Virus record (IMG/VR): IMGVR_UViG_2974625740_000001
Location: 1 to 64,000 of that record
From: a virus
Taxonomy: Duplodnaviria > Caudoviricetes
Length of the DNA: 64,000 bases
Reading direction: 5' to 3' (one strand)
Under the pieces are notes generated by a model that worked only from the letters and a program-made list of their open reading frames with translations, had not been told where the DNA came from and made no database searches. The position numbers and the translations under genes are program-made. Below, in pieces: positions 37,839 to 47,736 of this stretch (its first letter is position 1; every line of letters starts with the position of its first letter).

Positions 37839-39692
37839 ATGATCGACGGAGTCTTCGAGCAGATGATGGAGTCGATGGGCCTTCCGCCCCGACCCCAGCA
37901 GCTCAAGTTGGTCGACTCGATCCGTCAGGTTCTCCAGGTCGGCTCCGGCGTGAAGTTCGGCCAGTACGGCACGGGTACCGGTAAGTCCTTCGTGATCCTG
38001 CCGACCGCCCTGGAGGCCGCCCGGCAGACCGGCAAGCCCTCGCTGGTCGTCTGCCCCAACAACAGCCTGATCGACCAGTACGTCCTCAAGGACGCCCCCA
38101 AGGTCCGCGAGGCCGTGGGCGGCAAGATCGTGCACCTCAAGGGCCGGTCGAACTACGTCTGCGCCAACTCCAAGGCCCTCAGCGAACGAGGCGAGCGGCT
38201 CGCCCGTCAGCAGTTCGTCGAGCTGACCAAAGATGGCAACTTCGAGTGGGCCCAGCTCGGCCTCGACAACCTGTACGGGTGCCCCGGTTCTGGCGACTGC
38301 GACGCGAACAGCGCGTGGGTTCGTGACGACCACTGCCCGACCCACTCCGGCCACGCGTCCACCTGCGAGGACGTCCACAGCACGCCCCCGTGGAAGTGCC
38401 CGTGCAAGGGCCCGAACCCGGGTTGCTCGTGCCGCTTCTACTGCGGTGCGATCATGGCCAAGCGGATGGCGGAGACGGCCGACGTGATCATCACGAACGG
38501 GCACGTCCTGACGTACAACTACCTCGTCGACGCGTGGTCGGGCGGCGTGGTCCAGCTCCTGCCCCAGATCGGCGCGCTGTTCGTCGACGAGTGCCACGAG
38601 CTGGAGGCCATCGCCCGTGGCTGCCAGTCCGACGAGATCAAGCCGGGCAGCAAGGTGTACGACTACATCGATGGCCTGCGCGAGTGGGTCGACGCCAAGA
38701 CCCTGGAGATGGTCGAGACCAACCAGACCGAGGGCCTGCTGGCGCGCGACGACACGGTCATGAAGATGGCCACTGACGCCAAGGCTCTGGCCCAGGACCT
38801 GGAGGACCGCGCGGACGCGGTCGGCCAGGACCCCGACCTTGCCAAGCAGTACCGCAAGGAGGCCAAGCAGCTGATGCGCTTCGTGGACTTCGTCGAGGAG
38901 TCCGAGGAGCACATCTCGACCATCGAGCTGCAGCCGGTCGGCCCGTACGACGACCCGGTTTCGCACCTCAAGCGCATCTGCGTCGACACCGCCCTGGTGT
39001 ACCGCGACATCCTGACCGAGCAGCCCTCGTTCCTGGTGTCCGGCACGATCCCGCAGACCGACCCGCGCCGTCTGGGCGTCGGCGACTTCGGCCGGATCGA
39101 GGTGGGCGGCCACCCCTTCGACTACTCGAAGTCCCGGCTCGTCATCAGCCAGCACAGCCCCAAGGTCCCGACCTCGCTGGGCGAGCGCGCCAAGCAGGTA
39201 GCGGCGGCCATCAACGCCAAGGGCGGTGGTGCGCTGATCCTGTTCACCTCGTGGAAGGACGTCGACAGCGTCCTGCCGCTGATCGTCCAGCACCTCAAGC
39301 CGGAGATCGCGGCCGAGGTCTACGTGCAGGACAAGCACGACAAGGCGTCGCTGAAGCAGGACATCGAGGACTTCAAGGCGCACGGCTCGGCGGTGCTGGC
39401 GGGGGTGGCGTCGCTCTGGACCGGCCTCGACATCCCGGGTCCGGCCCTCCGCACCGTGATCGTCTGGAAGCTGCCCTACGGGGTGCCGACCCTGGAGTCG
39501 AAGGCGATCGAGCGCAAGCACGGGCGCGAGGTCTACTGGGATTCGATGCTGTGCCGTCTGGTCCAGGGCATCGGTCGGCTCGTCCGCACCACGGAGGACG
39601 CCGGAACGGTCTTCATCTGCGACTCGCGCGCCAAGTCGCAGAAGTGGGGAAACAACCCCATGACGCGCCACCTCAACGAGTTCAGCAAGTAA
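37839..39692 (+). CDS. DinG/XPD-family SF2 helicase
   Basis: GTGTGKS, KGRSNYVC, VDECHELE, ALILFTSW, LWTGLDIPG and QGIGRLVR motifs. Confidence 0.9.
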   Translation: MIDGVFEQMMESMGLPPRPQQLKLVDSIRQVLQVGSGVKFGQYGTGTGKSFVILPTALEAARQTGKPSLVVCPNNSLIDQYVLKDAPKVREAVGGKIVHLKGRSNYVCANSKALSERGERLARQQFVELTKDGNFEWAQLGLDNLYGCPGSGDCDANSAWVRDDHCPTHSGHASTCEDVHSTPPWKCPCKGPNPGCSCRFYCGAIMAKRMAETADVIITNGHVLTYNYLVDAWSGGVVQLLPQIGALFVDECHELEAIARGCQSDEIKPGSKVYDYIDGLREWVDAKTLEMVETNQTEGLLARDDTVMKMATDAKALAQDLEDRADAVGQDPDLAKQYRKEAKQLMRFVDFVEESEEHISTIELQPVGPYDDPVSHLKRICVDTALVYRDILTEQPSFLVSGTIPQTDPRRLGVGDFGRIEVGGHPFDYSKSRLVISQHSPKVPTSLGERAKQVAAAINAKGGGALILFTSWKDVDSVLPLIVQHLKPEIAAEVYVQDKHDKASLKQDIEDFKAHGSAVLAGVASLWTGLDIPGPALRTVIVWKLPYGVPTLESKAIERKHGREVYWDSMLCRLVQGIGRLVRTTEDAGTVFICDSRAKSQKWGNNPMTRHLNEFSK

Positions 39693-39747
39693 CCGACCGG
39701 GCCCGGGTGCGAACGCGCACCCGGGCCCCCGCGTGTGGAGGCACGAC

Positions 39748-39957
39748 GTGAGTTTGATCAACGTGTGGGACGACGCCCAGGACGGTTCGTCCGGCGACGA
39801 GGACGAGGTGCGTGTGCGCAACGTCCACAAGAAGGACGGCTCTCACCAGTCGTTCGAGACCGATAGCGAGATGCTGGCCGCCGTCCAGCACATCCTCAAG
39901 GTCATCGACGACGCCGACAACGGCGACGTTATCGTGATCACGAAGGATGTGTGGTGA
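39748..39957 (+). CDS. Hypothetical protein
   Basis: GGAGG RBS; codon bias. Confidence 0.5.
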   Translation: MSLINVWDDAQDGSSGDEDEVRVRNVHKKDGSHQSFETDSEMLAAVQHILKVIDDADNGDVIVITKDVW

Positions 39958-40637
39958 CCGTGGGCGACAAGCGCGACCCGAAGCGGGACCAGCCGCTACC
40001 CGAGAAGGGCGAACTCAACGTACAGGAGATCCTGTCGAAGGTCGTCATCGAGCGGATGCGATACGGCATCGAGAAATACGGCTCGCCGCTGGAGACGTTC
40101 AACGGGCGCGACCCGATCCGCGACGTCTGGGAAGAGCTGATCGACGCGCTCGTGTACATGACCCAGGTCCGACTCGAACGGGGCGATCGGCTGCCCGGCA
40201 TGGAGCCGACCGACCGCGTACGCACCACTGACCTGACGCTCCCGGTCGTGCGCTGCAACACGTGCGGTGGCGTTCGTTCCAAGTCGGCGTACGACGCGGC
40301 CGACGCCCTCGAACGTCAGGTCTGGATCTTGCAGGCCCTGCGCAAGCTGGCCAACGACTCGGTCACTGGCTCCATCCGGGTCAACGTCATCGAGCAGGTT
40401 CTGGACGGCGAGATCTCGCTGGCGTTCCACCCGCTCCGCGAGAACGCCGACGGACCGACGCCGATCCCCGAGGGGCACCCGGCGTACAGCCTGGTTCAGG
40501 ACCTGATCGAGGGTGACGGCCCCACTCAAGACGCTGCCCGCGAGAAGCTGGCCAAGATCTGGCCGACCAACGTGTCTCAACACGGCGAGGACCTGTCGGC
40601 CGCGTACTCGCCGCAGGAACCGCCGGACCAGGACTAA
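39951..40637 (+). CDS. Protein with N-terminal MazG-like all-alpha NTP pyrophosphatase domain
   Basis: GIEKYGSPL..FNGRDPIRDVWEELIDALVYMTQ. Confidence 0.55.
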   Translation: MVTVGDKRDPKRDQPLPEKGELNVQEILSKVVIERMRYGIEKYGSPLETFNGRDPIRDVWEELIDALVYMTQVRLERGDRLPGMEPTDRVRTTDLTLPVVRCNTCGGVRSKSAYDAADALERQVWILQALRKLANDSVTGSIRVNVIEQVLDGEISLAFHPLRENADGPTPIPEGHPAYSLVQDLIEGDGPTQDAAREKLAKIWPTNVSQHGEDLSAAYSPQEPPDQD

Positions 40638-40716
40638 ACGGCGGGTAATTGCCCGTGCTACAATCACCGGAGGTCGGCCCACTGGGGGTCGGCCTCTCGG
40701 CTTATGCGGGGTCATC

Positions 40717-41082
40717 ATGCGGCGTACCGTCTCCGGGGTCTTCGTGGCCCTTCTCTTGGCCTCCGGCTGCTCCGGCGGGGGTGAGGACCAGCCCGCCAGC
40801 GAGAGGCCCGGGAAGACGTCCTCTCTGGACTTCGCAGGCAAGTCCGCATGCAACGAGTTCGCCCGGTGGCTCGCTGGCGATGAGGACCCCACCACCCGCG
40901 CTGACGTCGCCGCCCGGGTTGACGACCTGGCGCGTGACTCGAAGTCCGGTGCCCTCGCCGACAAGTCCGAGCTTTTGCGCAAAGCAGACGTCATCAACTC
41001 CAACGAGAACTGGGCATTGGCCGCCGACGCGTTCGCCTACGAGTGCGACGTATTGGGCTGGACCCCGGCCGACGCCCAGTAA
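40717..41082 (+). CDS. Lipoprotein
   Basis: Signal peptide MRRTVSGVFVALLLASG-C with lipobox. Confidence 0.7.
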   Translation: MRRTVSGVFVALLLASGCSGGGEDQPASERPGKTSSLDFAGKSACNEFARWLAGDEDPTTRADVAARVDDLARDSKSGALADKSELLRKADVINSNENWALAADAFAYECDVLGWTPADAQ

Positions 41083-41160
41083 TACCCGCCACCGCCGCTG
41101 GCGTGGTACCATCGACCCAGGTTCCTACACCCGCAGGACACGAGACAGGACGGTATTAAC

Positions 41161-41445
41161 ATGATGGACGCGCCGATGGGCGGTGGCGGTGGGCTTTCGA
41201 GCCTCGATGCCGACTTCCTCGACGGGATGCTCGCCCTTTCGCAGCAGGTCAGCGCTCTGTGTACCACGTACATCAAGGACTCCGACGCGTCCAGCTCGAT
41301 GGGCGTGGTGGACATGGCCCGGGGCACGCTGGAGCAGACCAACTACATGACCGAGGCCCTCAAGTCGATGCGCGGTCACGCGGACGGCGACGAGCTGCGC
41401 AACGCGGAGCACGTGGAGAACGTCGAGGTCGTCGCCGCGTACTGA
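41161..41445 (+). CDS. Hypothetical protein
   Basis: AGGA RBS; codon bias. Confidence 0.55.
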   Translation: MMDAPMGGGGGLSSLDADFLDGMLALSQQVSALCTTYIKDSDASSSMGVVDMARGTLEQTNYMTEALKSMRGHADGDELRNAEHVENVEVVAAY

Positions 41446-41593
41446 CCCGCCACCCCCGCCGACGCCCCCTCTGTTGAAACTTGACAGAGGGGGCGTCGCT
41501 GTGCTTGCGCCGCGCGCAACTACCATGCTAGGATGGTGGCACACCACGCCGGGCCGTTAGTCCCCGGCGGAAGACGAGAATAAGGAGGGCCCC

Positions 41594-42526
41594 GTGGGCA
41601 AGCTGGATCAGCTGCTCGACCAGGGCGACATCTGGGTTGACAAGAACGAGGTCATCCACCAGATCGAAGCGATGGACGGCCGGTACGCGCTCAACGTGTA
41701 CAACTGGCTGAAGTCCCGCGCGATGCAGATCGGCTTTCACTACGCCCTCAACCTCGCGGGCATGCGCCTGCCGGACGAGGACACCGTGGCTTACCTGCAC
41801 GTCACCGACGCCATCGAGCGTGAGCAGGAGCGCATCAGCAACGACCCGGAAGGGTGGATCAAGGACAAGCCGCTGATGCGCGCACTCATCGCGCGAGTGG
41901 CGGTCGACCGGATCACCCGTGACCAGGCTGGCTACATCCCGCCGACCTCGCCGCTCCCGGCCAAGTTCACCAAGTACGAGGCCAAGCCGTTCGAGCAGCA
42001 GCACGTGCGCGACCTCGACACCGAGCGGTTCGGCCAGCGACCGGGAGACGAGACCCGGGTCTTCCTGGTCATCGAACCGGGCGGGTATGACGACAAAGAC
42101 ACCATCCTCGCGTGCTTCGTCGGCAACCGGCTGGCCGCGTACCGGTTCGAGGTCGAGGCCGAGCTGTACGGCGGGTACGCCGAGGTCATCGAGCTGGACG
42201 ACAACCACGCAGGCAAGACCGAGGGCATGTACGGTCAGATCCGGCGGTACCGCGACCCGTGGACCGAGGTGGAGTACCGCACCCTGGTCAACCTGGAAAA
42301 CGCGGCGATCATTCGCGATGACGACGTCGTGACCCGCGTCCGCAACGACATCGACCCGACTATGGGCACGACCAAGGAGGCGGACGGCCTGCGCGGTCGG
42401 TATAACGTCTGGGTCAAGACCACCGGCCCGGACCTCGACATCGACGCCGTCCGCAGCTACCACAGCAACGCCGTGAACACCATCCGGGCCAACGTGCTCG
42501 CCGACCTCACGAAGGATATGCCGTGA
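41594..42526 (+). CDS. Hypothetical protein
   Basis: AAGGAGG RBS; promoter at 41503; GTGA coupling to polymerase. Confidence 0.6.
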   Translation: MGKLDQLLDQGDIWVDKNEVIHQIEAMDGRYALNVYNWLKSRAMQIGFHYALNLAGMRLPDEDTVAYLHVTDAIEREQERISNDPEGWIKDKPLMRALIARVAVDRITRDQAGYIPPTSPLPAKFTKYEAKPFEQQHVRDLDTERFGQRPGDETRVFLVIEPGGYDDKDTILACFVGNRLAAYRFEVEAELYGGYAEVIELDDNHAGKTEGMYGQIRRYRDPWTEVEYRTLVNLENAAIIRDDDVVTRVRNDIDPTMGTTKEADGLRGRYNVWVKTTGPDLDIDAVRSYHSNAVNTIRANVLADLTKDMP

Positions 42527-44913
42527 TTCCTGCTCAGCACCCCGAGCTGAAGATCCCCGAGGGCTGGAACGCGACCCAGGTCGGAAACGACCTACTGCCC
42601 GACCTTCCGCCCGGGTGGCCGGTCGCGTGGGACACCGAGGGCTCCGGCCTGGCCGTGGACGGCGAGCCGTTCGTCACGGCCGGTCGGCCCGCGCACCCCG
42701 AGGCCCGCATCAGTGCGGTCTCCGTGTCCTTCCGCTGGCCCAACCCGGACGGTACCCCGGGCGAGATCGTCGACTTCGCGTGGCCGTTCGATCAGGGCCC
42801 CGTGCTGGGCAAGCCGGGTCACCCTCAGAAGGACCCCGTCACCGGTATCGTCACCTTCAAGCCGATCGACGAGGCCGACCAGGCGAAGATCCTGGCCCAG
42901 CACTCGAAGTCGCTCGGGTACACCGTGACGCCCGAGATGGCCATGCCCAACCTGCACCCGGACGAGTACGGCGTGCTGGTGATGTGGCTCGACTTCCGGG
43001 ACAACCTCGCCGCGCACAACAGCGTTCACGACATGCACCAGGAGCGGGTCGGCCTGCGCGCCGACGCTGGCGGGTTCGGCGGACCCGAGGGCCTGTGGGC
43101 CTGGGACCCGGACACCGAACCCGGCTCGCTGGCCAAGTCGATCATGGACGGCAGCACGCCCAAGCTCCACATGATGGAGCCGACCCGGGTACCGCTGTCG
43201 TTCTCGAAGTCGCGCCGGAACATCTGGTGCACCATGGTCGTGCAGAAGCAGGTCGTCGACCCGCTCCAGCCCGCTGCTCTCAAGCCGACTGCGCGTCGGC
43301 TGTGGGGTGACGACTCGACCGACGAAGAGACCGCGCTGGCGGAGGAGCTGAAGCGCCAGGGGGTCGGCCTCACCAAGCGGTACGACCTGCTGCCTTGGTG
43401 CGGTGCGGTCGGCGTCTACGCGGCCAAGGACACCAACCTGTGCTACCGGCTCTGGGAGTACCAGGAGAACGTCGGCGAAGAGGGCCTGATCCCGAAGTAT
43501 TGGGAGCTGGTCAACACCGAGATGGAGCTTCGCACGACCCTGTACCGGATGGAACGGCGCGGGGTGGCGTACAACGCCGAGGAGTCGTTCGCCGAGGGCA
43601 AGCGCGTCCGGGCGATCAACGCGGAGAAGGCCCGCGAGCTGCCGTTCAACCCCTCCAAGCGACTGGAGGCCGCACGGTTCTACTTCGGCCCCGTCTGCCT
43701 GAACGAGATCAACCGCACCCGACGGAACGTCAAGCCGCAAGAGACCGTGTGGTCGGCGTTCTTCTGCGCCAAGTCGTGCACCGAGTGTGAGGGCAAGAAC
43801 GGCCTGGGCCTGGAGCCGACCGAGCGCACGCCGACCGGACAGCCCAAGCTCGACATCCCGGAGAAGATCCGGCTGGACGAGGCAGGCCACCCGTTCGCGG
43901 CCGAGCTGATGGCGTGGACCAAGCGCCGTGACGCTGACTCGAAGTGGTACACCGGATGGGCCGCGCGGGTCGGCCGTGACGGTCGCATCCGGACCTCGTT
44001 CAAGCAGTGCAAGAACGACAAGGAGCGCGCCGGAGCGGCCGAGGGCGGCACCAAGTCCGGCCGTCTCGCGGTCGGCCGCTGGCAGTGCCAGGCGATCCCG
44101 CACATCGAGTTGGTGCCCAAGGACGCCAAGCCGGTGCGGCCGATGATTGGCCAGGTCCCGCCGGGCACCATGGTCACCCGCTGGGACGGCACCAAGGAGC
44201 CCACCCCGGTTCGCCGCATCCAGTTCGAGCACGACCTGTCGGCTGGTGAGGTCCGAGTGGTCACCGTGATCAGCGGTTCCACCAAGTTCTGGGACGCCCT
44301 CGACGCGGGCATGGACATGCACGCCCTCAACGCCAAGTCGCTGTTCGGCGTCGACGAGTCCCACCCCCAGTTCAAGTACCTGCGGTCGGCCGCCAAGCGC
44401 GGTACCTTCGGCATCATCTACCTGGGTGGCGTGAAGGCCATCCAGACCCAGATGGAAGCCGCGTCCGGCATGAAGATGAAGACCACCGACGTCCAGAAGG
44501 CCAAAGACAACTTCTGGGCCGAGAACCCCGAGATCAAGGCGTTCAGCGACCGGGCCGTGCAGCGGGTCACCCGGTGGATGGGCGGACCTGGCTACCTCAA
44601 GATGCTGGACGGGTGGCGTCGCTGGTACGCGGTCGACGAGAAGACCGTCAGCGCGCCGAACCAGGTCATCCAGGGCAACCTCGCCCGAGCCATGATCTAC
44701 TGGATGACGGCGGTCGAGCGCGAGGTCCCGGGGTGCCTTCTCCTCCAGGTGCACGACTCCCTCGTGACCGAGCACGACGACACGCCCGAGGGTCACGCCG
44801 AGGCCAAGCTGGTGAGCGAGATCGGTCAGCGCGTCTTCCAAGAGTACTTCAACGTGCGAGGCCGCGTGATGGACTTCGGCATCGCTCCCGACCGATGGGA
44901 CGAGAAGGCATGA
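42523..44913 (+). CDS. polA: DNA polymerase, family A (3'-5' exonuclease plus polymerase)
   Basis: Exo I AWDTEGSG; YAAKD; motif A DLSAGEVRV; motif B RSAAKRGTFGIIY; NQVIQG; motif C LLQVHDSLV. Confidence 0.9.
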   Translation: MIPAQHPELKIPEGWNATQVGNDLLPDLPPGWPVAWDTEGSGLAVDGEPFVTAGRPAHPEARISAVSVSFRWPNPDGTPGEIVDFAWPFDQGPVLGKPGHPQKDPVTGIVTFKPIDEADQAKILAQHSKSLGYTVTPEMAMPNLHPDEYGVLVMWLDFRDNLAAHNSVHDMHQERVGLRADAGGFGGPEGLWAWDPDTEPGSLAKSIMDGSTPKLHMMEPTRVPLSFSKSRRNIWCTMVVQKQVVDPLQPAALKPTARRLWGDDSTDEETALAEELKRQGVGLTKRYDLLPWCGAVGVYAAKDTNLCYRLWEYQENVGEEGLIPKYWELVNTEMELRTTLYRMERRGVAYNAEESFAEGKRVRAINAEKARELPFNPSKRLEAARFYFGPVCLNEINRTRRNVKPQETVWSAFFCAKSCTECEGKNGLGLEPTERTPTGQPKLDIPEKIRLDEAGHPFAAELMAWTKRRDADSKWYTGWAARVGRDGRIRTSFKQCKNDKERAGAAEGGTKSGRLAVGRWQCQAIPHIELVPKDAKPVRPMIGQVPPGTMVTRWDGTKEPTPVRRIQFEHDLSAGEVRVVTVISGSTKFWDALDAGMDMHALNAKSLFGVDESHPQFKYLRSAAKRGTFGIIYLGGVKAIQTQMEAASGMKMKTTDVQKAKDNFWAENPEIKAFSDRAVQRVTRWMGGPGYLKMLDGWRRWYAVDEKTVSAPNQVIQGNLARAMIYWMTAVEREVPGCLLLQVHDSLVTEHDDTPEGHAEAKLVSEIGQRVFQEYFNVRGRVMDFGIAPDRWDEKA

Positions 44914-45152
44914 GACACCCCGACATGCTCCCGATGACCGACGGCGAACGTCGCGCCGACCTGGCTCGTCTGTTCCGGATCGTCATCCCGGAGACGCGCG
45001 AGGTCGCGCGCACGGCCCTTGCCAACATGCTGGAGATGGGCACGCTTCGGCAGTCGTCGGCAACCCGGCTCTTCCAGGACCTGTGGCAGGACCCGGCCGA
45101 CTACTTCAGCAACATCCGCGAGACTTGGCGCGCACGCGCCGAGGGCAACTAA
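44910..45152 (+). CDS. Hypothetical protein
   Basis: ATGA overlap with polymerase stop. Confidence 0.5.
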   Translation: MRHPDMLPMTDGERRADLARLFRIVIPETREVARTALANMLEMGTLRQSSATRLFQDLWQDPADYFSNIRETWRARAEGN

Positions 45153-45248
45153 ACACCACTTGCCTGCTGGGCACACCTCGGGGTACCATGGGGGCGGTGG
45201 CGGTACAGGCCGCCACCGCCCCCCGCGCATCCTTGAGAGTGAGTCAAA

Positions 45249-45491
45249 GTGAGTCGTCTGTTCAGTCTCCCGGAGTGCCTCGAAACCAAGGTCAAGATCA
45301 ACGTCTGCGCAGAGCATCGGCACCATTGCGTGCAATGCGGAGCGCCGTCTTCGGCCGGTGGGCACTTCGTGGGTGGGTCACGTCCGGACGCCCGGACGAT
45401 CTGTGACCCGACTGACCGAGCCGCTTACGTGGCCCTGATCAAGGACACCGCCAGCCCTGGTCGACGTTACAGGGAAGAAGGAGGTGTTTGA
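45249..45491 (+). CDS. Small Cys-containing hypothetical protein
   Basis: Follows promoter at 45158; HHCVQCG motif. Confidence 0.4.
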   Translation: MSRLFSLPECLETKVKINVCAEHRHHCVQCGAPSSAGGHFVGGSRPDARTICDPTDRAAYVALIKDTASPGRRYREEGGV

Positions 45492-45493
45492 CC

Positions 45494-45688
45494 ATGGCAC
45501 AGCAGGACGAGATCAACCGCAAGTTCGAAGAGATGATGACTGCGTTGGGCTACGTGCCTTCGATCGCCCGTACGCTGGCGGGTTACCTGTGGGCAGCCCC
45601 CGGTCAGCACCGTGCGAACGAGCAGGCCGTCGACTACGCTCTCAGTCAGTTGTGGGTCAAGAACCCCAAGAAGGGCTCCGTCACATGA
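45494..45688 (+). CDS. Hypothetical protein
   Basis: GGAGGTG RBS. Confidence 0.5.
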   Translation: MAQQDEINRKFEEMMTALGYVPSIARTLAGYLWAAPGQHRANEQAVDYALSQLWVKNPKKGSVT

Positions 45689-46092
45689 AGCGTAACCAGA
45701 CCCTGCGAACCCCGTGGAGTGCCTCGGGTTCTCAGTTGCTGCATTACCCCGACCGCAATTTGCATCCCGACATGCAGTGGCGGGAGAACACGGTGTTCGC
45801 GCTCAAGCTCAAGATGCTGGGCACCGAGCGCGGTCGGTCGGCCGCGTACTTCCGGTGGGAGGTCCAAGAGGGGGACCTTCCCAAGGGCACGCTGCTGCCG
45901 ATGTTCATCACCGACGTCGGGCACGTCATCATGCAGGGCCTTCCTCGACCCGGCGGGGTGATCGAGGGCGAGTTCTTCGTGGTGAAGCGCGGGCAGAACT
46001 ACGGGATCACGCCACAGGCCCCAGCGGAGGACGTGGCCCCCCGGGGCCAGGAGCAGCCCACGGAGACCACCGGAGCCCCGGCCAGCTCCTGA
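45685..46092 (+). CDS. Hypothetical protein
   Basis: ATGA overlap; GRSAAYF, LPMF and KRGQNYG motifs. Confidence 0.55.
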   Translation: MKRNQTLRTPWSASGSQLLHYPDRNLHPDMQWRENTVFALKLKMLGTERGRSAAYFRWEVQEGDLPKGTLLPMFITDVGHVIMQGLPRPGGVIEGEFFVVKRGQNYGITPQAPAEDVAPRGQEQPTETTGAPASS

Positions 46093-46250
46093 GCCCCCCG
46101 GGCCTCGCGAGAGGCTGCCGGAGACCCCACAGAAGCCCTCGGGCCCACCAACACGGTGACCCGGGGGCTTCGCCATGTCGACTACCAGTTGCCCCGGCCG
46201 CAAACCCCGTGATACCCTAGTATTTTCAGGGCACGGAGGACGGAGGACCT

Positions 46251-47255
46251 ATGCCCACACCAACACCTCGTGAACGTCTCCAAGATCGGGTCGAATCGCG
46301 GCTGCTGGCCCAGGGCTTCAACCCGGACCGGGTGCACGCGATGGCGGTTCTGTCGGTCGAGGCGTTCTACGCCGAGAATCAGGACGACCCGAACTACGCG
46401 CTCGCTGCCGAGGAGGCGGTGCGCATTCTGATGGACGTCATGCCGCCGTTCGTCGTGCACATGCGCGCGGCGTTCGAGCAGGTCGCCCAGGCATTCGAGA
46501 ACGTCACCCGAGCGGCTGCATCGGCAGGCCCTTATGTCGACCTGGCGCAGCGGCTCCAGCGCGCCGAGCAGAACCAGATGACCCCCGAATTCGACGCGTC
46601 CGGCCTGCCGATTACCGACCACCCGGACGAGATCGAGCTGGCTGGCCTGATGGTCGACACCGGGGGTCCGTACCGTGTCCTGGTTCCGGCCGAGGAGGAA
46701 ACGACCAGCTTCCTGCCGACCGCGCATGAGCGGCTCGCACCGCCCGAAGTGATCGAGCTGACGACGCGCGAATGGCATCTGGGCGTTGCGCGCCGTCTGC
46801 GTCAACTGGGGTGCACGTACAGTCAGCTCAAGGCCATGCACGACAACCGCGATTTCGAGACCAGCCAGCACCATGCCGCGTGGTTCGCGTTCGGTGACAC
46901 GGTCGACGATCGCCAGCTCGACCGCGCGAACTTCGTCCTCGAAAACCTCGAACGTGGCGACGCGTTCGGCATCGACATGGACGACGAGGCCATCGCCCGA
47001 GCTGAGGAGCGATACCCCGAGGACCGGCTGACGGGTGCCCCCCACCACCTGCTGGTCAACGGTGATCATTCGGGCTGCGGCTGCGGGGGTCACCTGGTCG
47101 AGTGCGAGACCTGGAACGACCCGACCTGGAAGCACGCCGCCAGCATCTGCGGCATCCGGCGCACCAACTGCCGACACACCCCCGCTCACGCGTATCGGGA
47201 GCCTTGCCCCAACGATTACGTGGACACCCTGGGGGGTGGCGGTGCCAGCGCTTGA
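46251..47255 (+). CDS. Hypothetical protein (multi-domain, Cys/His-rich C-terminus)
   Basis: GGAGG RBS; promoter at 46187. Confidence 0.55.
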   Translation: MPTPTPRERLQDRVESRLLAQGFNPDRVHAMAVLSVEAFYAENQDDPNYALAAEEAVRILMDVMPPFVVHMRAAFEQVAQAFENVTRAAASAGPYVDLAQRLQRAEQNQMTPEFDASGLPITDHPDEIELAGLMVDTGGPYRVLVPAEEETTSFLPTAHERLAPPEVIELTTREWHLGVARRLRQLGCTYSQLKAMHDNRDFETSQHHAAWFAFGDTVDDRQLDRANFVLENLERGDAFGIDMDDEAIARAEERYPEDRLTGAPHHLLVNGDHSGCGCGGHLVECETWNDPTWKHAASICGIRRTNCRHTPAHAYREPCPNDYVDTLGGGGASA

Positions 47256-47736
47256 CGAGTACCGAGACAAGCACGTCAACAACATCAACAGCCTGCCCGT
47301 GTACTGGTGGTCCGTCGACCCGGGGGACCGCAACGTCGGCATTAGCTGGTGGTGGGGTGCTTTCTGCATCAGGTCGTACCACACCGACCCCGACGACTGC
47401 GTTGATACGCTGGTCCGCGAGGTTCGGTACCTCGACCTGCTGGTACACGAACAGTTCACGTTGCGTGGTTCGCAGATGGGCATGCAGCAGGGGTCGGAGT
47501 TCCTGACCTCGCAGCTCATCGGGGCCATGCGCCACATCTGTCGGCGCGCGGGTGTTCCGGTCAAGTCGTACCAGGCCGGAAACCACAAGCCGATCTACAG
47601 GAAACCGGAGTTCAAACCGCCCCAGCGAGCCCACAGCGAGTGGGTCTCATTCGGTGAAGGCCCCCACGCCAAAGACTCCGAATGCTTGGGCGAGTACTAC
47701 GTCCGAACAGTCATCTTGAAAGGCAAGGGCTACTGA
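47242..47736 (+). CDS. RuvC-like Holliday junction resolvase
   Basis: WSVDPG, LVHEQF, TSQLIGAM and HAKDS RNase H-fold acidic motifs. Confidence 0.7.
   Translation: MPALDEYRDKHVNNINSLPVYWWSVDPGDRNVGISWWWGAFCIRSYHTDPDDCVDTLVREVRYLDLLVHEQFTLRGSQMGMQQGSEFLTSQLIGAMRHICRRAGVPVKSYQAGNHKPIYRKPEFKPPQRAHSEWVSFGEGPHAKDSECLGEYYVRTVILKGKGY

Noticed and set aside
29720-39692. Cas4-like nuclease plus DinG suggesting a type IV CRISPR-Cas system
   Set aside because: No repeat-spacer array and no Cas5/6/7-like genes were seen. The Cas4-like gene sits with a Sak4-like ATPase and SSB, a normal phage recombination module.
37809-44841. Long minus-strand ORFs (for example 37809-39830, 42592-44841, 34179-36389, 5776-7749)
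   Set aside because: They are shadow frames of strongly GC3-biased plus-strand genes, with no RBS, promoter or recognisable motifs.
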